64,000 bases of DNA, taken from assembly GCA_036004665.1 (NCBI GenBank), contig DASYRG010000008.1, positions 82,754 through 146,753 of the forward strand, in the 5' to 3' direction. Made by a program: the position numbers and the translations under genes. This stretch comes from a bacterium. GTDB lineage: Bacteria > Sysuimicrobiota > Sysuimicrobiia > Sysuimicrobiales > Humicultoraceae. Numbering within the stretch: position 1 is the stretch's first letter; every line of letters starts with the position of its first letter. Of the stretch, positions 47,701-58,063 are shown piece by piece. The notes under the pieces are model-generated. The model saw nothing but the letters and a program-made list of their open reading frames with translations. It was not told the origin of the DNA and ran no database searches.

Positions 47701-47882
47701 GGGCGGACGAGAAGATGCTGGCCGAGGCCGCCGAGGTGATCGACCACGCCTCCCGGGGCGTGCGGACGCAGAACTTCATCGCCACCCCCGACTACTACAC
47801 TGCCTGCCGCTACTGCGCCTTCAACTCCATCTGCCCCTACACGGCGACGGGCGATCCGGTGCTGCCGGAGGCGCCGGAATGA
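44790..47882 (+). CDS. single-chain UvrD/PcrA-type SF1 helicase fused to a C-terminal AddB/Cas4-like PD-(D/E)xK nuclease with a 4-Cys Fe-S cluster
   Basis: 1030 aa; AGAGTGKT, TFHAFG and later helicase motifs; C-terminal C...DFKT...CRYCAFNSIC; GTG start overlaps the recX stop. Confidence 0.85.
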   Translation: MSALPLRRHPDRPDGGQLILEFAARETLQDQSADRTIDRGVDRPTERLTDRALEGLNEEQLRAVTFGEGPLLIVAGAGTGKTSVITRRIAWLIAARQARPSEILALTFTDKAAAEMEERVDVLTPYGYTDITVGTFHAFGDRVLRQHALELGLPPDVRVLSRAEQVLFLRERLFELPLHYYRPLGDPTRYVEALIALFSRAKDEDAGPQDYLAFAERVAVAAAQSPEDAELADAARKQAELAQAYRLYQSLLGREGLLDFGDQITLPLRLFRERPGALRAYQERFRYILVDEFQDTNYAQFQLVQLLAGPHHNVTVVGDDDQAIFKFRGASISNILGFTATYPEATQIVLTRNYRSPQPVLDAAYRLIQHNNPDRLELRNQIDKRLIATPGGPDVQHLHFDTLSGEADGVAAHIAERVSSGAYRYKDFAILVRSNNDADPFLRALNMRGVPHRFTGSRGLYNREEIRLVLAFLRALANPGDNLSLYYLGISPLYLISPTDLAKALAYANRRNRTLEYVFRRLEAFADLAEEIGPETRAALARLLDDLEEMRRLMKDHPTGRVLYTYLVTRTGFVGRLATSENPVDEMAVRNLARFFDLVARYGEIAAYDRVPEFVKHLDDLIGAGDDPAVAEADPDTDAVAVLTVHKAKGLEFPVVFLVSAVADRFPTRNRGEPIPLPDPLVKDVLPQGDFHLQEERRLFYVAMTRAMRELYLTTARDYGGVRARKVSRFVLEALDRPAPEVVAFRAAPTETIQRHAPPAEGQQFLAGMIPPEEPLSLSFRQVDDYATCPLKFKYTHILRVPLLRDHRVVYGSAVHEAVREYNRRRARAQPVSAADLIQIFERAWINEGFISREHEDQRMEEGRQVLRTFFEFQEGQGRRPTFVEAPFSFHVGLTRVKGRWDRVDLRGSGAVVIDFKTSDVRTQKDADRRARESRQLGIYALAYREVYGRPPDRLELHFLGPQQVLVGETGADEKMLAEAAEVIDHASRGVRTQNFIATPDYYTACRYCAFNSICPYTATGDPVLPEAPE

Positions 47883-47929
47883 TGATGCTGCCGGGCCCCT
47901 TGAAATGAGGGGCAGTCGGATACCTTGAA

Positions 47930-49039
47930 ATGATCCGGCTCCTGCACACCGCCGACGTGCACCTGGGGATGGCCTTCCCCGCCCTGGGCGAACGCGGCCG
48001 CGACCACCGTGAGCAACTCAAGCGGACCTTCGCCCGCCTCGTGGAGCTGGCGCTGGCCGAGCGCGTCCACGTCCTCATGGTGGCCGGCGATCTGTTCCAC
48101 TCCCACCGGCAGTCTGAGGCCACCCTGGGTTTCGTACGCGAGCAGTTCCTCCGCCTCCATGACGGTGGAGTCCGGGTCGCGCTGCTGGCGGGCAATCACG
48201 ACCGGTTGGGTGAGGGGAGCGTCTGGGCGCGGGCGCGCCTCGAAGAGGCCTGTGACAACGTGACGTTGTTCGGCGCCGCTCCCCAGGTGAAGGTCTACCC
48301 CGATCTCGAACTGGCGGTCCTCGGGCAGTCGGTTGGCGCGGACGGACCGCAGTCCTTGCGGTCCTGGCCGCGGGAGCGTCCTGCCCGCTTTGCGGTCGGT
48401 TTGGCGCACGGCGGCGCCTACCGCGAGGGGGTTGTGGACGCGGGGACGATTCACCCCGCCGACGTGCGGGCCCTGGGGCTGGACTACCTCGCCCTCGGCG
48501 ACTGGCACAGCGCCCAGCAGGTGACCGGTCCGCCGACACCGGCCTGGTACGCGGGCGCGCCGGAGTTCCTGGCCATGGACCAGGAGGCGGGAGCTGCCCT
48601 CCTCGTGACGATTGCCGCGCCCGGACAGGCGGAGGTCAGCGCGGTGAAGGTCGGGCGGCGGCGGTACAGGCGCGTGGAGCTTGACGTCACCGGCACGGAT
48701 CCCGATCGAGTCCGCGCCCGCGTCGCCGCTGAAACGGAGGCCGACGTGGTCCTGGACGTCGTGCTGACCGGCACGGTGACGCCCGAGCAGACCCTCGACG
48801 CGCGGGAGCTCGAGGAGTCCCTGGCGGAGGGTTGCTTCCGCGCGCGCGTGCGGAATCAGGCGCGCCTCTGGCTCGATCAGGCGACGCTGGATGCCTTCCC
48901 GGAGCGGACACTGGTGGGCCGCTACATTCGCCTTCTGCGCGCGCAGGCGCAGGCCGCGCCGCAGGAGGAGCAAGAGATCATCGAGGAAGCCCTCCAGACC
49001 GGGGTGGGCCAGCTCCTGGCCGAGGCGGGCGGAGACTAA
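47930..49039 (+). CDS. Mre11/SbcD-family calcineurin-like phosphoesterase (short, SbcF/YhaO-like)
   Basis: 369 aa; MIRLLHTADVHLG and GDLFH motifs. Confidence 0.85.
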   Translation: MIRLLHTADVHLGMAFPALGERGRDHREQLKRTFARLVELALAERVHVLMVAGDLFHSHRQSEATLGFVREQFLRLHDGGVRVALLAGNHDRLGEGSVWARARLEEACDNVTLFGAAPQVKVYPDLELAVLGQSVGADGPQSLRSWPRERPARFAVGLAHGGAYREGVVDAGTIHPADVRALGLDYLALGDWHSAQQVTGPPTPAWYAGAPEFLAMDQEAGAALLVTIAAPGQAEVSAVKVGRRRYRRVELDVTGTDPDRVRARVAAETEADVVLDVVLTGTVTPEQTLDARELEESLAEGCFRARVRNQARLWLDQATLDAFPERTLVGRYIRLLRAQAQAAPQEEQEIIEEALQTGVGQLLAEAGGD

Positions 49040-51273
49040 TGCGGCTACTGGCCCTGCGCCTGCGTCACTTCCGCCGTTTCGAGGAGGCGGAGTACCGTTT
49101 TGATCCCGGCCTGAACCTGCTGATCGGGCCCAACGAGGCCGGCAAGTCCACGCTGCGCCAGGCCATCCTGGCGGCCTTCTTCGTCAACCCGGCCACGACC
49201 GCCAAGAAGATCGCGGAGTGGCGCCCCTGGGGGAGCGACCGGTTGGGCTCGATCGCCCTGGAGTTCGAGCTGGACGGCAGACGGTTCGAACTGCGCAAAG
49301 ACTTCGAGCACCGCGGGCTGGAGCTCCGCGACCTGCTCCACGGCGTCTCCTATGAACCGACGAAGGTGCAGGAGCGGTTGCAGGCGGCGCTGGGCTTATC
49401 GACCGAACCGCTCTATCGCTCCACGGCCATGATCGAGCAGACCGAACTGACGGTCCTTCGCGCCGGCGCCGCGGATATCGGTCAGCGCCTCTCCCGCATC
49501 ATCCAGGCTGGGCCCGGTGACGCCGAGGCCGGCGCGGTCATCAAGAGGTTCGACAAGGAGCTCGCTGACCTGGAGAAGGGCCTGGACGGCCGTCCCGTCA
49601 AGACGGCGGGCCTCATCCGCGGATTGCAGGAAGAGGTCGCGGCCTTGACGCGGGAACGGGACGCCTTGCGGCGCCGCGTCGAGGTCCTGGAGAGCCACCG
49701 GGAGGAGCTCAGGCGGATCCGCATCGAGGCCGACCAGGCGGCCACCGAGCTCGCCGACCGAGAGGCCCTGTTTCGAGAGAACGAGCGGCTGCTGCGCACG
49801 CAGCGTGAGCTGGAGCACCACCGCTGGGAGGCGCAGCAGCTGTCGGAGAAGGTCAGCGCGGTCGACGCCGGGTACGAACGGCTGGCGGCGATCGCCCGCG
49901 CGATGGAGGAGCTGCAGGCCAGCGGAGTACCCGACGACGCGGCTGTCGCCCGCATGCACGCGGCGGCCGGCCGGCTGCAGCAGCAGGAGAAGACCTCAGA
50001 CGAGCTGGCCCGGAAGGTGCGCGCAGCGGAGGAGGGGGTGCGAGCCCTTGCAGATTCACCAGGGAACGCCGGGGGGAGGAGCCGTGCGCCGGTGGCCGGG
50101 TGGCTCCTCGTCGCCCTGGCCGTCCTCGTCGCCGCTGCCGCATTTGGATGGTCACTCCTCTTCCTCTGGCCGGTCGCGGTCGCGGCCGGCGCCGTGGGAG
50201 TCCTCGTCATCGTTCGCGCGGCGCGACAGCGATGGCATGCTGACGAGGCTGCCCGCGCGCGTGACGGCGCGCTCCTGCGGCTGGAGGGCGCCGGGCAGGA
50301 CCTCCTCGCGGCGGGGGAGGAACTGACGGCGGCGCGGACGATTCTCCATCGGAGCGTGATCGCGGCCGGGAGTGGAACGATGGAGGACGCGCTGGAGCGT
50401 CACTCGCGGATGCGGCAGCTGGAGACCGAGCGCACGGCCGCGGAGAACCAGGTGGCAGCTCACCTAGGAGGACGGGAGGTCGAGGAGGTGCGCGAGGCGC
50501 GTGACCGGAAACGCGCGGACGTGGCGGGACACGAGATTCAGCTCCGCGACGGGGAGGCGAAGCGCCTCACCGGTTTGGAGGTCACCCAGCTCGAGCGGAC
50601 GGTCAGAGAACTGACGCAGCGGGTGCACACCCTGGCGGGGCGCCGGGAGTACCTGGAACGGGAGACCGCTCAGGGCGCCCCCGACGACGAGGCGCTGGCC
50701 GCCGTGGAAGAGCGGCTGGCCGAACGGCAAGAGGGGTTGGAAATCGCTCGCCGGCGGGACCGCGTCCTCCGCCTGGCGGTGGAGGGGCTGCGCGAAGCCC
50801 GGCAGCAGACGCTCATCCCGGCCCGCCAGCGGGTAGAGGAGCGCGCCGGGGAGTACCTGACCCTGCTCACCGGGCGCGCGTACGACCGGGTCCGCATCAC
50901 AGAGCCGCCCCTGAAGGTGGAAGTCTGGGCGGAGGGGGCCGGTCAATGGGTGGAGCCGTCGGAACCGCTCCTCAGCCGGGGCACAGCCGACCAAGTGTAC
51001 CTGGCCGTTCGCCTGGCGCTGGTGGAAGTGCTCTCGGAGGGACGGCACCCCCCGCTGCTGTTGGATGATCCATTCGGCTCTTTCGACCCCGAGCGGTTGT
51101 CCGCGGCGATGGCCCTCCTGCGGCGCGTCAGCGAGAGCTACCAGGTACTGCTCTTCACCTGCCGGCCGGAGTACGAGCCCTTCGCGGACCGCGTCATCCC
51201 CATCGATGCGGCAGCGCCGCCCGCCCCGGAACTCCCCGGCCCGCTCTGGCAGCCGCCTCCCCAGACGCACTGA
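49039..51273 (+). CDS. SbcC/Rad50-like AAA ATPase with coiled-coil region and internal hydrophobic (putative TM) segments (SbcE/YhaN-like)
   Basis: 744 aa; N-terminal LLIGPNEAGKST Walker A, C-terminal LLLDDPFGSFD D-loop; hydrophobic stretch WLLVALAVLVAAAAFGWSLLFLWPVAVAAGAVGVLVIV; ATG overlaps the previous stop. Confidence 0.8.
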   Translation: MRLLALRLRHFRRFEEAEYRFDPGLNLLIGPNEAGKSTLRQAILAAFFVNPATTAKKIAEWRPWGSDRLGSIALEFELDGRRFELRKDFEHRGLELRDLLHGVSYEPTKVQERLQAALGLSTEPLYRSTAMIEQTELTVLRAGAADIGQRLSRIIQAGPGDAEAGAVIKRFDKELADLEKGLDGRPVKTAGLIRGLQEEVAALTRERDALRRRVEVLESHREELRRIRIEADQAATELADREALFRENERLLRTQRELEHHRWEAQQLSEKVSAVDAGYERLAAIARAMEELQASGVPDDAAVARMHAAAGRLQQQEKTSDELARKVRAAEEGVRALADSPGNAGGRSRAPVAGWLLVALAVLVAAAAFGWSLLFLWPVAVAAGAVGVLVIVRAARQRWHADEAARARDGALLRLEGAGQDLLAAGEELTAARTILHRSVIAAGSGTMEDALERHSRMRQLETERTAAENQVAAHLGGREVEEVREARDRKRADVAGHEIQLRDGEAKRLTGLEVTQLERTVRELTQRVHTLAGRREYLERETAQGAPDDEALAAVEERLAERQEGLEIARRRDRVLRLAVEGLREARQQTLIPARQRVEERAGEYLTLLTGRAYDRVRITEPPLKVEVWAEGAGQWVEPSEPLLSRGTADQVYLAVRLALVEVLSEGRHPPLLLDDPFGSFDPERLSAAMALLRRVSESYQVLLFTCRPEYEPFADRVIPIDAAAPPAPELPGPLWQPPPQTH

Positions 51274-51288
51274 GTCTCATAGGGTTTC

Positions 51289-51318
51289 TTGACCTGTTTT
51301 GGACCTCTCCCTTACAAT
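51289..51318 (+). promoter_or_regulatory. rny promoter: -35 TTGACC, 17-18-nt spacer, -10 TTACAAT
   Basis: Near-consensus hexamers read directly 16 nt after the sbcC-like stop; a GC hairpin (CGCCCCC/GGGGGCG) follows in the leader. Confidence 0.55.
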
Positions 51319-51486
51319 GGCTGAGATAGGGTAGAGTGCGCTCATTTCCGCTCGAATGGCAGGTGATGCGCGCGGCGTTCTGAGCAGGTCGACGGTCGCC
51401 CCCGCCGGGGGCGCCGTTTCATATGGGCCCGGTCGGGACCGGTCGGGCCGAGGAGGTGACCACCCATCGACGCCCTCGTCATTGGG

Positions 51487-53004
51487 TTGCTCATCGGGGT
51501 GGGGGCGGTCGCGTTCCTCCTTGGATTCTTCCTGCGCAAGAGCGTCGCCGAGGCGCGGATTCAGTCCGCCGAAGTCGCCGCCCGCAAGATCGTCGAAGAG
51601 GCGGCGCGAGAGGCCGAAGCACAAAAACGGGAGGCCGTCGTTGAAGCCAAGGACGAGGCCTTCCGTCTGAAACGAGAGGCTGAGCATGAGATTCGCGAGC
51701 AGCGGGCCGAGATCCAGCGCCTCGAGCGGCGTTTGGTACAGCGTGAAGAGAATCTTGAGCGACGGGGAGAGGTCCAGGAGAAGCGCGAACGGCTGATCGC
51801 GCACAAGGAACAGGAACTGAGCGAGGCGCGCGAACAGGCCGAAGCCCTCAGGGAACAACAGCGGACCGAACTGCAACGCATTTCCGGCCTCACCGCCGAG
51901 GAGGCGCGGGAGCACCTCCTACGCCAGGTCGGGGACGAGGCACGCGGTGACTCCACCGCGCTGATCAAGAAGATCGAATCGGAGGCGCGGGAGGACGGCG
52001 ATCGCCGGGCCCGGGAGATCATCGCCCTGGCCGTCCAGCGCGTGGCCGCCGACCACACCGCCGAAGTCACCGTCTCGGTCGTCCCCCTGCCCAACGAAGA
52101 GATGAAGGGGCGGGTGATCGGCCGGGAGGGGCGCAACATCCGCACGCTGGAGTCCCTCACCGGGGTCGATCTGATCATCGACGACACCCCAGAAGCGGTG
52201 ACCCTCTCCTCCTTCGATCCGGTGCGGCGGGAGATCGCCAGGCTGGCGCTGGAGAAACTGATCGCCGATGGGCGCATCCACCCCGCCCGCATCGAGGAGA
52301 TGGTGGAGAAGTCTCAGCGGGAGCTGGAACAGCGCATCAAGGAGGAGGGGGAGGGGGCCGCCTTCGAGGCCGGCGTGCATGGCCTGCATCCGGAGGAGAT
52401 CAAGATCCTGGGGCGCCTGAAGTTCCGCCACTCCTACGGTCAGAACCTGCTGCAACACTCGGTCGAGGTGGCGTTGCTGGCCGGTCTGCTCGCCACCTAC
52501 CTGGAAGCCGATCCGGCTCTGGCGCGGCGCGCCGGCATCCTGCACGACATCGGCAAGGCCCTCACCCACGAGGTAGACGGCACCCACTCCGCCATCGGGG
52601 TCGATCTCTGCCGCCGCTACCACGAGCCGCCGGAGGTGATCAACGCGATCGAGTACCACCACGGGGACGCCGAGGCCACCTGCGTGGAGGCGATCCTGGT
52701 CGCGGCGGCGGATGCAATCTCAGCCAGCCGTCCCGGCGCGCGCAAAGAGACCCTGGAGATGTTCATCAAGCGCAATCAAAGCCTGGAGCAGCTGGCGACC
52801 TCCTTCCCGGGCGTGGAGAAGGCATTCGCCATCCAGGCGGGACGGGAGGTCCGCGTCATCGTCAAACCGACCGAAGTGGACGACCTCTCCGCCCAGGCCC
52901 TTGCCCGCGACCTGGCTAAGAAGATCGAGGCCGACCTGGAGTACCCGGGACAGATCAAAGTCACGGTCCTGCGGGAGACGCGGGCCATCGAGTACGCCCG
53001 TTGA
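51487..53004 (+). CDS. rny: ribonuclease Y (N-terminal TM, KH and HD domains); the true start is probably about 7 codons upstream, but there is no canonical start codon there
   Basis: Near-colinear with B. subtilis RNase Y ([11 protein letters not shown]..., HD motif LLHDIGKA, ...AVEYAR C-terminus). Confidence 0.9.
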   Translation: MLIGVGAVAFLLGFFLRKSVAEARIQSAEVAARKIVEEAAREAEAQKREAVVEAKDEAFRLKREAEHEIREQRAEIQRLERRLVQREENLERRGEVQEKRERLIAHKEQELSEAREQAEALREQQRTELQRISGLTAEEAREHLLRQVGDEARGDSTALIKKIESEAREDGDRRAREIIALAVQRVAADHTAEVTVSVVPLPNEEMKGRVIGREGRNIRTLESLTGVDLIIDDTPEAVTLSSFDPVRREIARLALEKLIADGRIHPARIEEMVEKSQRELEQRIKEEGEGAAFEAGVHGLHPEEIKILGRLKFRHSYGQNLLQHSVEVALLAGLLATYLEADPALARRAGILHDIGKALTHEVDGTHSAIGVDLCRRYHEPPEVINAIEYHHGDAEATCVEAILVAAADAISASRPGARKETLEMFIKRNQSLEQLATSFPGVEKAFAIQAGREVRVIVKPTEVDDLSAQALARDLAKKIEADLEYPGQIKVTVLRETRAIEYAR

Positions 53005-53005
53005 C

Positions 53006-53791
53006 TTGAAGATCCTGATCATCGGGGATATCACGGGCAAGCCGGGCCGGCGGATCCTCAAGGCGCTGCTGCCGCAGCTGCGCCGACGGCACGGGGCCCA
53101 ATTGGTCATCGCCAACGGCGAGAACGCGGCAGGGGGCATGGGCATCACCGAAGAGACGGCCGAAGAGATCTTTGCCGCGGGGGTGGACGTCATCACCGGC
53201 GGCAACCACACCTGGCGCAACCGCGACGTCTATCCATTTCTGGACGGGCACCCTCGGGTCCTGAGGCCGGCGAACTACCCCCCGGGCGCGCCGGGGCGAG
53301 GCGCGGCCACCGTCGAAACGGACGGAAGGACGGTGGGAGTGCTGAACCTGCAGGGACGGGTGTTTATGGGAGAGCTGGACGACCCTTTCCGCGCCGCCGA
53401 TGAACAGGTGGCGGAGCTGCGCCGGCGCAGCTCCGTCATCATCGTGGACTTCCACGCCGAGGCGACCTCCGAGAAAATCGCGATGGGCTGGCACCTCGAC
53501 GGGAGGGTCTCGGCGGTCGCCGGCACGCACACGCACGTCCAGACCGCCGACGAGCGCGTCCTCCCGGGAGGGACCGCGTACATTACCGACGTAGGGATGA
53601 CTGGACCGCGCGACGGCGTGATCGGCATGGACCGGGAGGTCATCCTGGAGCACTTCCGCTCCGGCCTGCCCAGCCGGTTCACGGTGGCCGGCGGGGCAGT
53701 GCAGTTGAACGCCGTCGCGATCGAGGTGGACGGGGACGGCCGCGCCCAGGCGATCGAACGCATCGCCGCGCTCCAGGAGCCCGGAGACTGA
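53006..53791 (+). CDS. ymdB: YmdB-family 2',3'-cyclic-nucleotide phosphodiesterase (TIGR00282 metallophosphoesterase)
   Basis: TTG start; LKILIIGDITGKPGR and GENAAGGMGIT motifs; follows rny as in Bacillus. Confidence 0.85.
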   Translation: MKILIIGDITGKPGRRILKALLPQLRRRHGAQLVIANGENAAGGMGITEETAEEIFAAGVDVITGGNHTWRNRDVYPFLDGHPRVLRPANYPPGAPGRGAATVETDGRTVGVLNLQGRVFMGELDDPFRAADEQVAELRRRSSVIIVDFHAEATSEKIAMGWHLDGRVSAVAGTHTHVQTADERVLPGGTAYITDVGMTGPRDGVIGMDREVILEHFRSGLPSRFTVAGGAVQLNAVAIEVDGDGRAQAIERIAALQEPGD

Positions 53792-53793
53792 CG

Positions 53794-54657
53794 ATGCGTG
53801 TCGACCTGCACACCCACACCACGGCCAGCGACGGGCTGCTCACCCCCGAGCTGCTGGTCGCCCTGGCCCGCACCGCCGGCGTCGGAGTCCTGGCGGTCGC
53901 GGACCACGACTCGACAGACGCCGTGGACCGGGCGCTGGCCGCGGGCGCGGCGGCGGGCATCGAGGTCTTCCCCGCGGTGGAGCTGAACACCGACGTCCCG
54001 GGGACGGAGGTGCACGTGCTGGGGTACCTGCTCGACCATCACGTCTCCTGGCTGCAGGATCTCCTCAGCCGTCTCCGGGAGGGGCGGGTGCACCGCGCCG
54101 AACGGATGGTGGAGAAACTCTCCGCGCTCGGGGCGCCGATCGCCATGGAACGGGTGCTGGCCTTCGCCGGTGGAGGGTCGGTGGGCCGGCCACACGTTGC
54201 CCGCGCCCTCGTCGAGGCGGGCTGGGTGCGGGAAACCGCCGAGGCGTTCAACCGATTCATCGGCCGGAACGGTCCCGCCTACGTCGAGCGGCTCAAGGTC
54301 ACCCCGGGCGAAGCGGTGCAGATCATCCGCCGCGCCGGCGGCGTGCCGGTGCTGGCTCACCCGGGGTGGCTGGGGGATGATGCCGCAGTGGAGTCGCTCC
54401 TGGGCGACGGCCTGGAGGGCGTCGAGGCCTATCACCCGGATCACTCCCCGGAGATGGTCGAGCGGTACGTAGGCGTGGCTCGGCGGCATGGCCTGCTGGT
54501 TACGGGAGGGACCGACTTCCACGGCGCGGACCTGGCTACCCGCGTGCCCCTGGGCAGCCAGTATGTTCCCCCCGAGGCGCCGGCTCGGCTGCGCGAGCGC
54601 GCGCAGGGTCGGCGCGCCGACCCGGACCCGCCCCCGCTTCAGCTTGCCGCCGAGTAG
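53794..54657 (+). CDS. PHP-domain phosphoesterase (TrpH/YciV-like)
   Basis: MRVDLHTHTTASDG N-terminal PHP motif. Confidence 0.8.
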   Translation: MRVDLHTHTTASDGLLTPELLVALARTAGVGVLAVADHDSTDAVDRALAAGAAAGIEVFPAVELNTDVPGTEVHVLGYLLDHHVSWLQDLLSRLREGRVHRAERMVEKLSALGAPIAMERVLAFAGGGSVGRPHVARALVEAGWVRETAEAFNRFIGRNGPAYVERLKVTPGEAVQIIRRAGGVPVLAHPGWLGDDAAVESLLGDGLEGVEAYHPDHSPEMVERYVGVARRHGLLVTGGTDFHGADLATRVPLGSQYVPPEAPARLRERAQGRRADPDPPPLQLAAE

Positions 54658-54668
54658 GAAGGAAGCGC

Positions 54669-56063
54669 GTGGGAGCCTCCGATCCCCGCCTCCGGCTCCT
54701 CCCCTCGGTGGAACGCGTCCTCTGGCAGTTGGAGTCCTCGGGCCGCCTCGACGGCATTCCCCGGCCGCTGGCCGCTCGGCTGGTCCGTCAGGCGGTTGAG
54801 ACGGCGCGCAGACGCTTGATCGAGGGGCGCGCCGTGGAGGAGTGGACCTCGGAGCAGGTCGTCGAGGAGTCCGCGCGACTGCTCGCGCGCTACGGCCACC
54901 CCTCCCTGGTCCGCGCCCTCAACGCCACGGGCATTCTCATCCACACCAACCTGGGACGGGCCCCCCTGAGCGCCGCCGCCCGGGAGGCGGTGGAGAAGGT
55001 CTTGCCGGGCTATGCCCTCCTGGAGACCAATCCCGAGACCGGCGAACGGGGCTCGCGCCAGGCGCACATCGAGGCGATGCTCCAGGAGATCTCCGGCGCC
55101 GAGGCCGCCATCGCCGTCAACAACAACGCGGCGGCGGTCACCCTGGGGCTGGCGGCGCTCGCGGCGGGCCGCCGGGTCATCGTCTCCCGCGGCGAGCTGG
55201 TTGAGATCGGCGGCTCCTTTCGCATGCCCGACGTCATGGCGCAGAGCGGCGCCGAGTTGGTCGAGGTGGGGACGACCAACCGGACCCACCTCGCGGACTA
55301 CGAGCGCGCGATCAGTCCCGAGAGCGCCCTCCTCCTGAAGGTCCACCGCAGCAACTTTGCCATGTCGGGGTTCGTCCACGAAGTGGCCGTCCGCGATCTC
55401 GTGGCGCTGGGCGCTGCTTCTGGCGTCCCCGTCATGTACGACCTGGGCAGCGGAGCGCTGGTGGACCTGACCGAGCGGGGCCTCCCGGCCGAACCGACGG
55501 TGCAGGAGGCCGTGGCCGCCGGATGCGCCCTCGTCACCTTCAGCGGGGACAAGCTCCTCGGCGGGCCACAGGCCGGCCTGCTGGTGGGCCGGGCCGACGC
55601 GGTCGACCGCTGCCGCCGCCATCCCCTGGCGCGGGCGGTCCGGATCGGGCGCCTGGACCTGGCCGCCCTCGCCGCCACGCTGCGCCATTACCTCACTCCT
55701 GATGAAGCCTGGAGGGAGATCCCGGTCCTGCGCATGCTCGCGGTCGGCGTGGAGGAGTTGACCGATCGGGCACGGCAACTGGCCAGCCGGCTCACGGCCA
55801 TACTCGGAGAGGCCGCCGAGGTCATCGTAGTCAGGGCGGAGGCGCAGACGGGAGGAGGCGCCCTCCCCGGCCTCTCGCTGCCGTCGGCGGCGGTGCGGGT
55901 GCGGCCGAGGAGCGCCACGGCCGATCGCTGGGCGGCCGCGTTGAGACAGGGACGGCCGCCCGTGGTCGTGCGGATCCAGGAGGACGCCCTCGTGGTCGAC
56001 CTCCGCACGCTCGCCCCCGAAGAGTTCGAGGCGCTCGAAGGCGCCTTCGCCGCGGTGCGGTGA
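54669..56063 (+). CDS. selA: L-seryl-tRNA(Sec) selenium transferase
   Basis: 464 aa; [16 protein letters not shown] and [13 protein letters not shown] (PLP lysine region). Confidence 0.9.
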   Translation: MGASDPRLRLLPSVERVLWQLESSGRLDGIPRPLAARLVRQAVETARRRLIEGRAVEEWTSEQVVEESARLLARYGHPSLVRALNATGILIHTNLGRAPLSAAAREAVEKVLPGYALLETNPETGERGSRQAHIEAMLQEISGAEAAIAVNNNAAAVTLGLAALAAGRRVIVSRGELVEIGGSFRMPDVMAQSGAELVEVGTTNRTHLADYERAISPESALLLKVHRSNFAMSGFVHEVAVRDLVALGAASGVPVMYDLGSGALVDLTERGLPAEPTVQEAVAAGCALVTFSGDKLLGGPQAGLLVGRADAVDRCRRHPLARAVRIGRLDLAALAATLRHYLTPDEAWREIPVLRMLAVGVEELTDRARQLASRLTAILGEAAEVIVVRAEAQTGGGALPGLSLPSAAVRVRPRSATADRWAAALRQGRPPVVVRIQEDALVVDLRTLAPEEFEALEGAFAAVR

Positions 56064-58060
56064 GCGGGTCACCGCCTTCTGTCGTCGCGGAAGCGGCCCC
56101 CTTCGTCATCGGCACGGCGGGCCACATCGACCACGGCAAGAGCGCGCTGGTCCGCGCCCTCACGGGGATCGACCCCGACCGGCTCCAGGAGGAGAAGCGG
56201 CGCGGGATGACGATCGATCTCGGATTTGCCCACCTCGATCTGCCCGACGGCCGCCGCGCGGGTATCGTCGATGTCCCCGGCCACGACCGGCTGATCCGCA
56301 CCATGCTCGCGGGGGCCGGGGGCATGGACCTCGTGTTGCTGGTGGTGGCGGCGGACGAGGGGGTCATGCCGCAGACGCGCGAGCACCTGAACATCCTGCG
56401 CTTCCTGCGGCCCCGCGGGGGCATCATCGTGCTCACGAAGATCGACCTGGTCGATGACGCCGCCTGGGTCGCCCTGGTAGAAGAGGAAGTGCGCCGCCTC
56501 ACCGCAGGCACTTTCCTCGATGGCGCGCCCCTCATCGCGACCTCTGCCCGCACCGGCGGGGGTTTGGAGGCGCTGGTGGCGGCGATCGGCCGGAGCCTGG
56601 ACGCCCTCACCGCCCGCTCCGCAGACGGCGCGGTCCGTCTGCCGATCGACCGGGTTTTCACCATGGCCGGTTTTGGCACCGTCGTCACCGGCACGCTCTG
56701 GAGCGGCCGCATCCGCGCGGGGGATGCGTTGACGGTCCTCCCGCTGGGTGATACGGCACGGGTGCGACAAATCGAGCGGCACGGCGTGCGGGTCGAGGAG
56801 GTCACGGCCGGGTCGCGCGCCGCCCTCAACCTCGCCGGGGTGGAGCGGGAGTCGCTGGCCCGGGGCTCGGTGCTTGCCACCGCCGGGACGCTGCGACCAT
56901 CTCTGCTGCTGGATGCGCAGGTCCGTCTCCTGCCTGAAGCGCCGGTCGTCCCTCACCTGTCGCGGCTGCGATTCTACCTCGGTACGGATGAGGCGCTGTG
57001 CCGCATCGCCCTCCTGGACCGGGATCGTCTGGCGCCGGGAGAAGAGGCGCCGGCGCAACTGCGCTTCGAGCAGCCGGTGGTCGCGGCGCGGGACGACCGG
57101 TTCGTTCTGCGCCGATACTCGCCGCTGGAGACGCTGGGGGGTGGAGAGGTCGTGGCAGTGGACCCACCGCGCCGCCGCCGGGGCGCCGCCGCCGCCGAGA
57201 CGGTCGCCGCCCTCGCCGCGGCCCCGCCTGAGCGACTGCTGCGGGAGGCGGTCGCGGCCCGTGGCCTCGCCGGTGCCACCGCGGAAAGTCTGGCCCCGCT
57301 CCTCGCCGAACCGCCCGCCGCACTGGTCGCGAGGCTGCGCCCCCTGGTGAGCGCGGGCGATCTGCTCCAGGCGGGTGAGCGCTTCTATGCGCGGGAAGTG
57401 AAGGATGAGGCGAGGGAGGCCCTCCTCCGACTCCTTGACCAGACTCACCGGGAGCAGCCCTGGCGCCTCGGCCTGCCCCGCGACGAGATCCGAGGGCGGG
57501 CGCTGAAAGGGGCCGACGATCGCCTGGCCACCACCGTCTTGGATCATCTGACCGCCTCCGGCGCCATCGGCGTGACACGCGGGTTTGTTCACCGCTCGGA
57601 GCACCGTCCCCGCTATCGGCCGGAGGAAGCGGTGTGGCGGGAGATCATCTATAGGACGATCGGCGAAGGCCGGTTCGCCCCGCCGGGACTGGCCGAAGTG
57701 GAGGGTCAGACTTCCGGCCGGGGGGAGCAGGGCCCAGGGCCAGGCGGGAAGGCGTTTCAGGTGGCGGTGCAGTCCCTGCGGGAGGAAGGAGCGCTGCTCG
57801 AGGTCGCCCCGGGGATCCTCTTTGCGACGGGCGCCCTCGAAGAGATCCGCCAGACGATCGTGGCGCGGATTCAAGAGAGGGGAGCGATCACGGTCGCCGA
57901 CCTCCGCGACACGGTGGGAACGAGCCGGAAGTATGCGCTGGCGCTACTCGAGTACTTCGACGGAATCCGGCTCACCCGCCGGATCGGTGACCGCCGGGTC
58001 CTGGCGGGCCGGGCGGCAGAGGCGTCTCCGTCTCCATCCGCTCCGCGCCCTCCTCGGTAG
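56060..58060 (+). CDS. selB: selenocysteine-specific elongation factor
   Basis: 666 aa; GTP-binding [24 protein letters not shown]; C-terminal winged-helix SECIS-binding repeats. Confidence 0.9.
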   Translation: MSGSPPSVVAEAAPFVIGTAGHIDHGKSALVRALTGIDPDRLQEEKRRGMTIDLGFAHLDLPDGRRAGIVDVPGHDRLIRTMLAGAGGMDLVLLVVAADEGVMPQTREHLNILRFLRPRGGIIVLTKIDLVDDAAWVALVEEEVRRLTAGTFLDGAPLIATSARTGGGLEALVAAIGRSLDALTARSADGAVRLPIDRVFTMAGFGTVVTGTLWSGRIRAGDALTVLPLGDTARVRQIERHGVRVEEVTAGSRAALNLAGVERESLARGSVLATAGTLRPSLLLDAQVRLLPEAPVVPHLSRLRFYLGTDEALCRIALLDRDRLAPGEEAPAQLRFEQPVVAARDDRFVLRRYSPLETLGGGEVVAVDPPRRRRGAAAAETVAALAAAPPERLLREAVAARGLAGATAESLAPLLAEPPAALVARLRPLVSAGDLLQAGERFYAREVKDEAREALLRLLDQTHREQPWRLGLPRDEIRGRALKGADDRLATTVLDHLTASGAIGVTRGFVHRSEHRPRYRPEEAVWREIIYRTIGEGRFAPPGLAEVEGQTSGRGEQGPGPGGKAFQVAVQSLREEGALLEVAPGILFATGALEEIRQTIVARIQERGAITVADLRDTVGTSRKYALALLEYFDGIRLTRRIGDRRVLAGRAAEASPSPSAPRPPR

Positions 58061-58063
58061 CCC

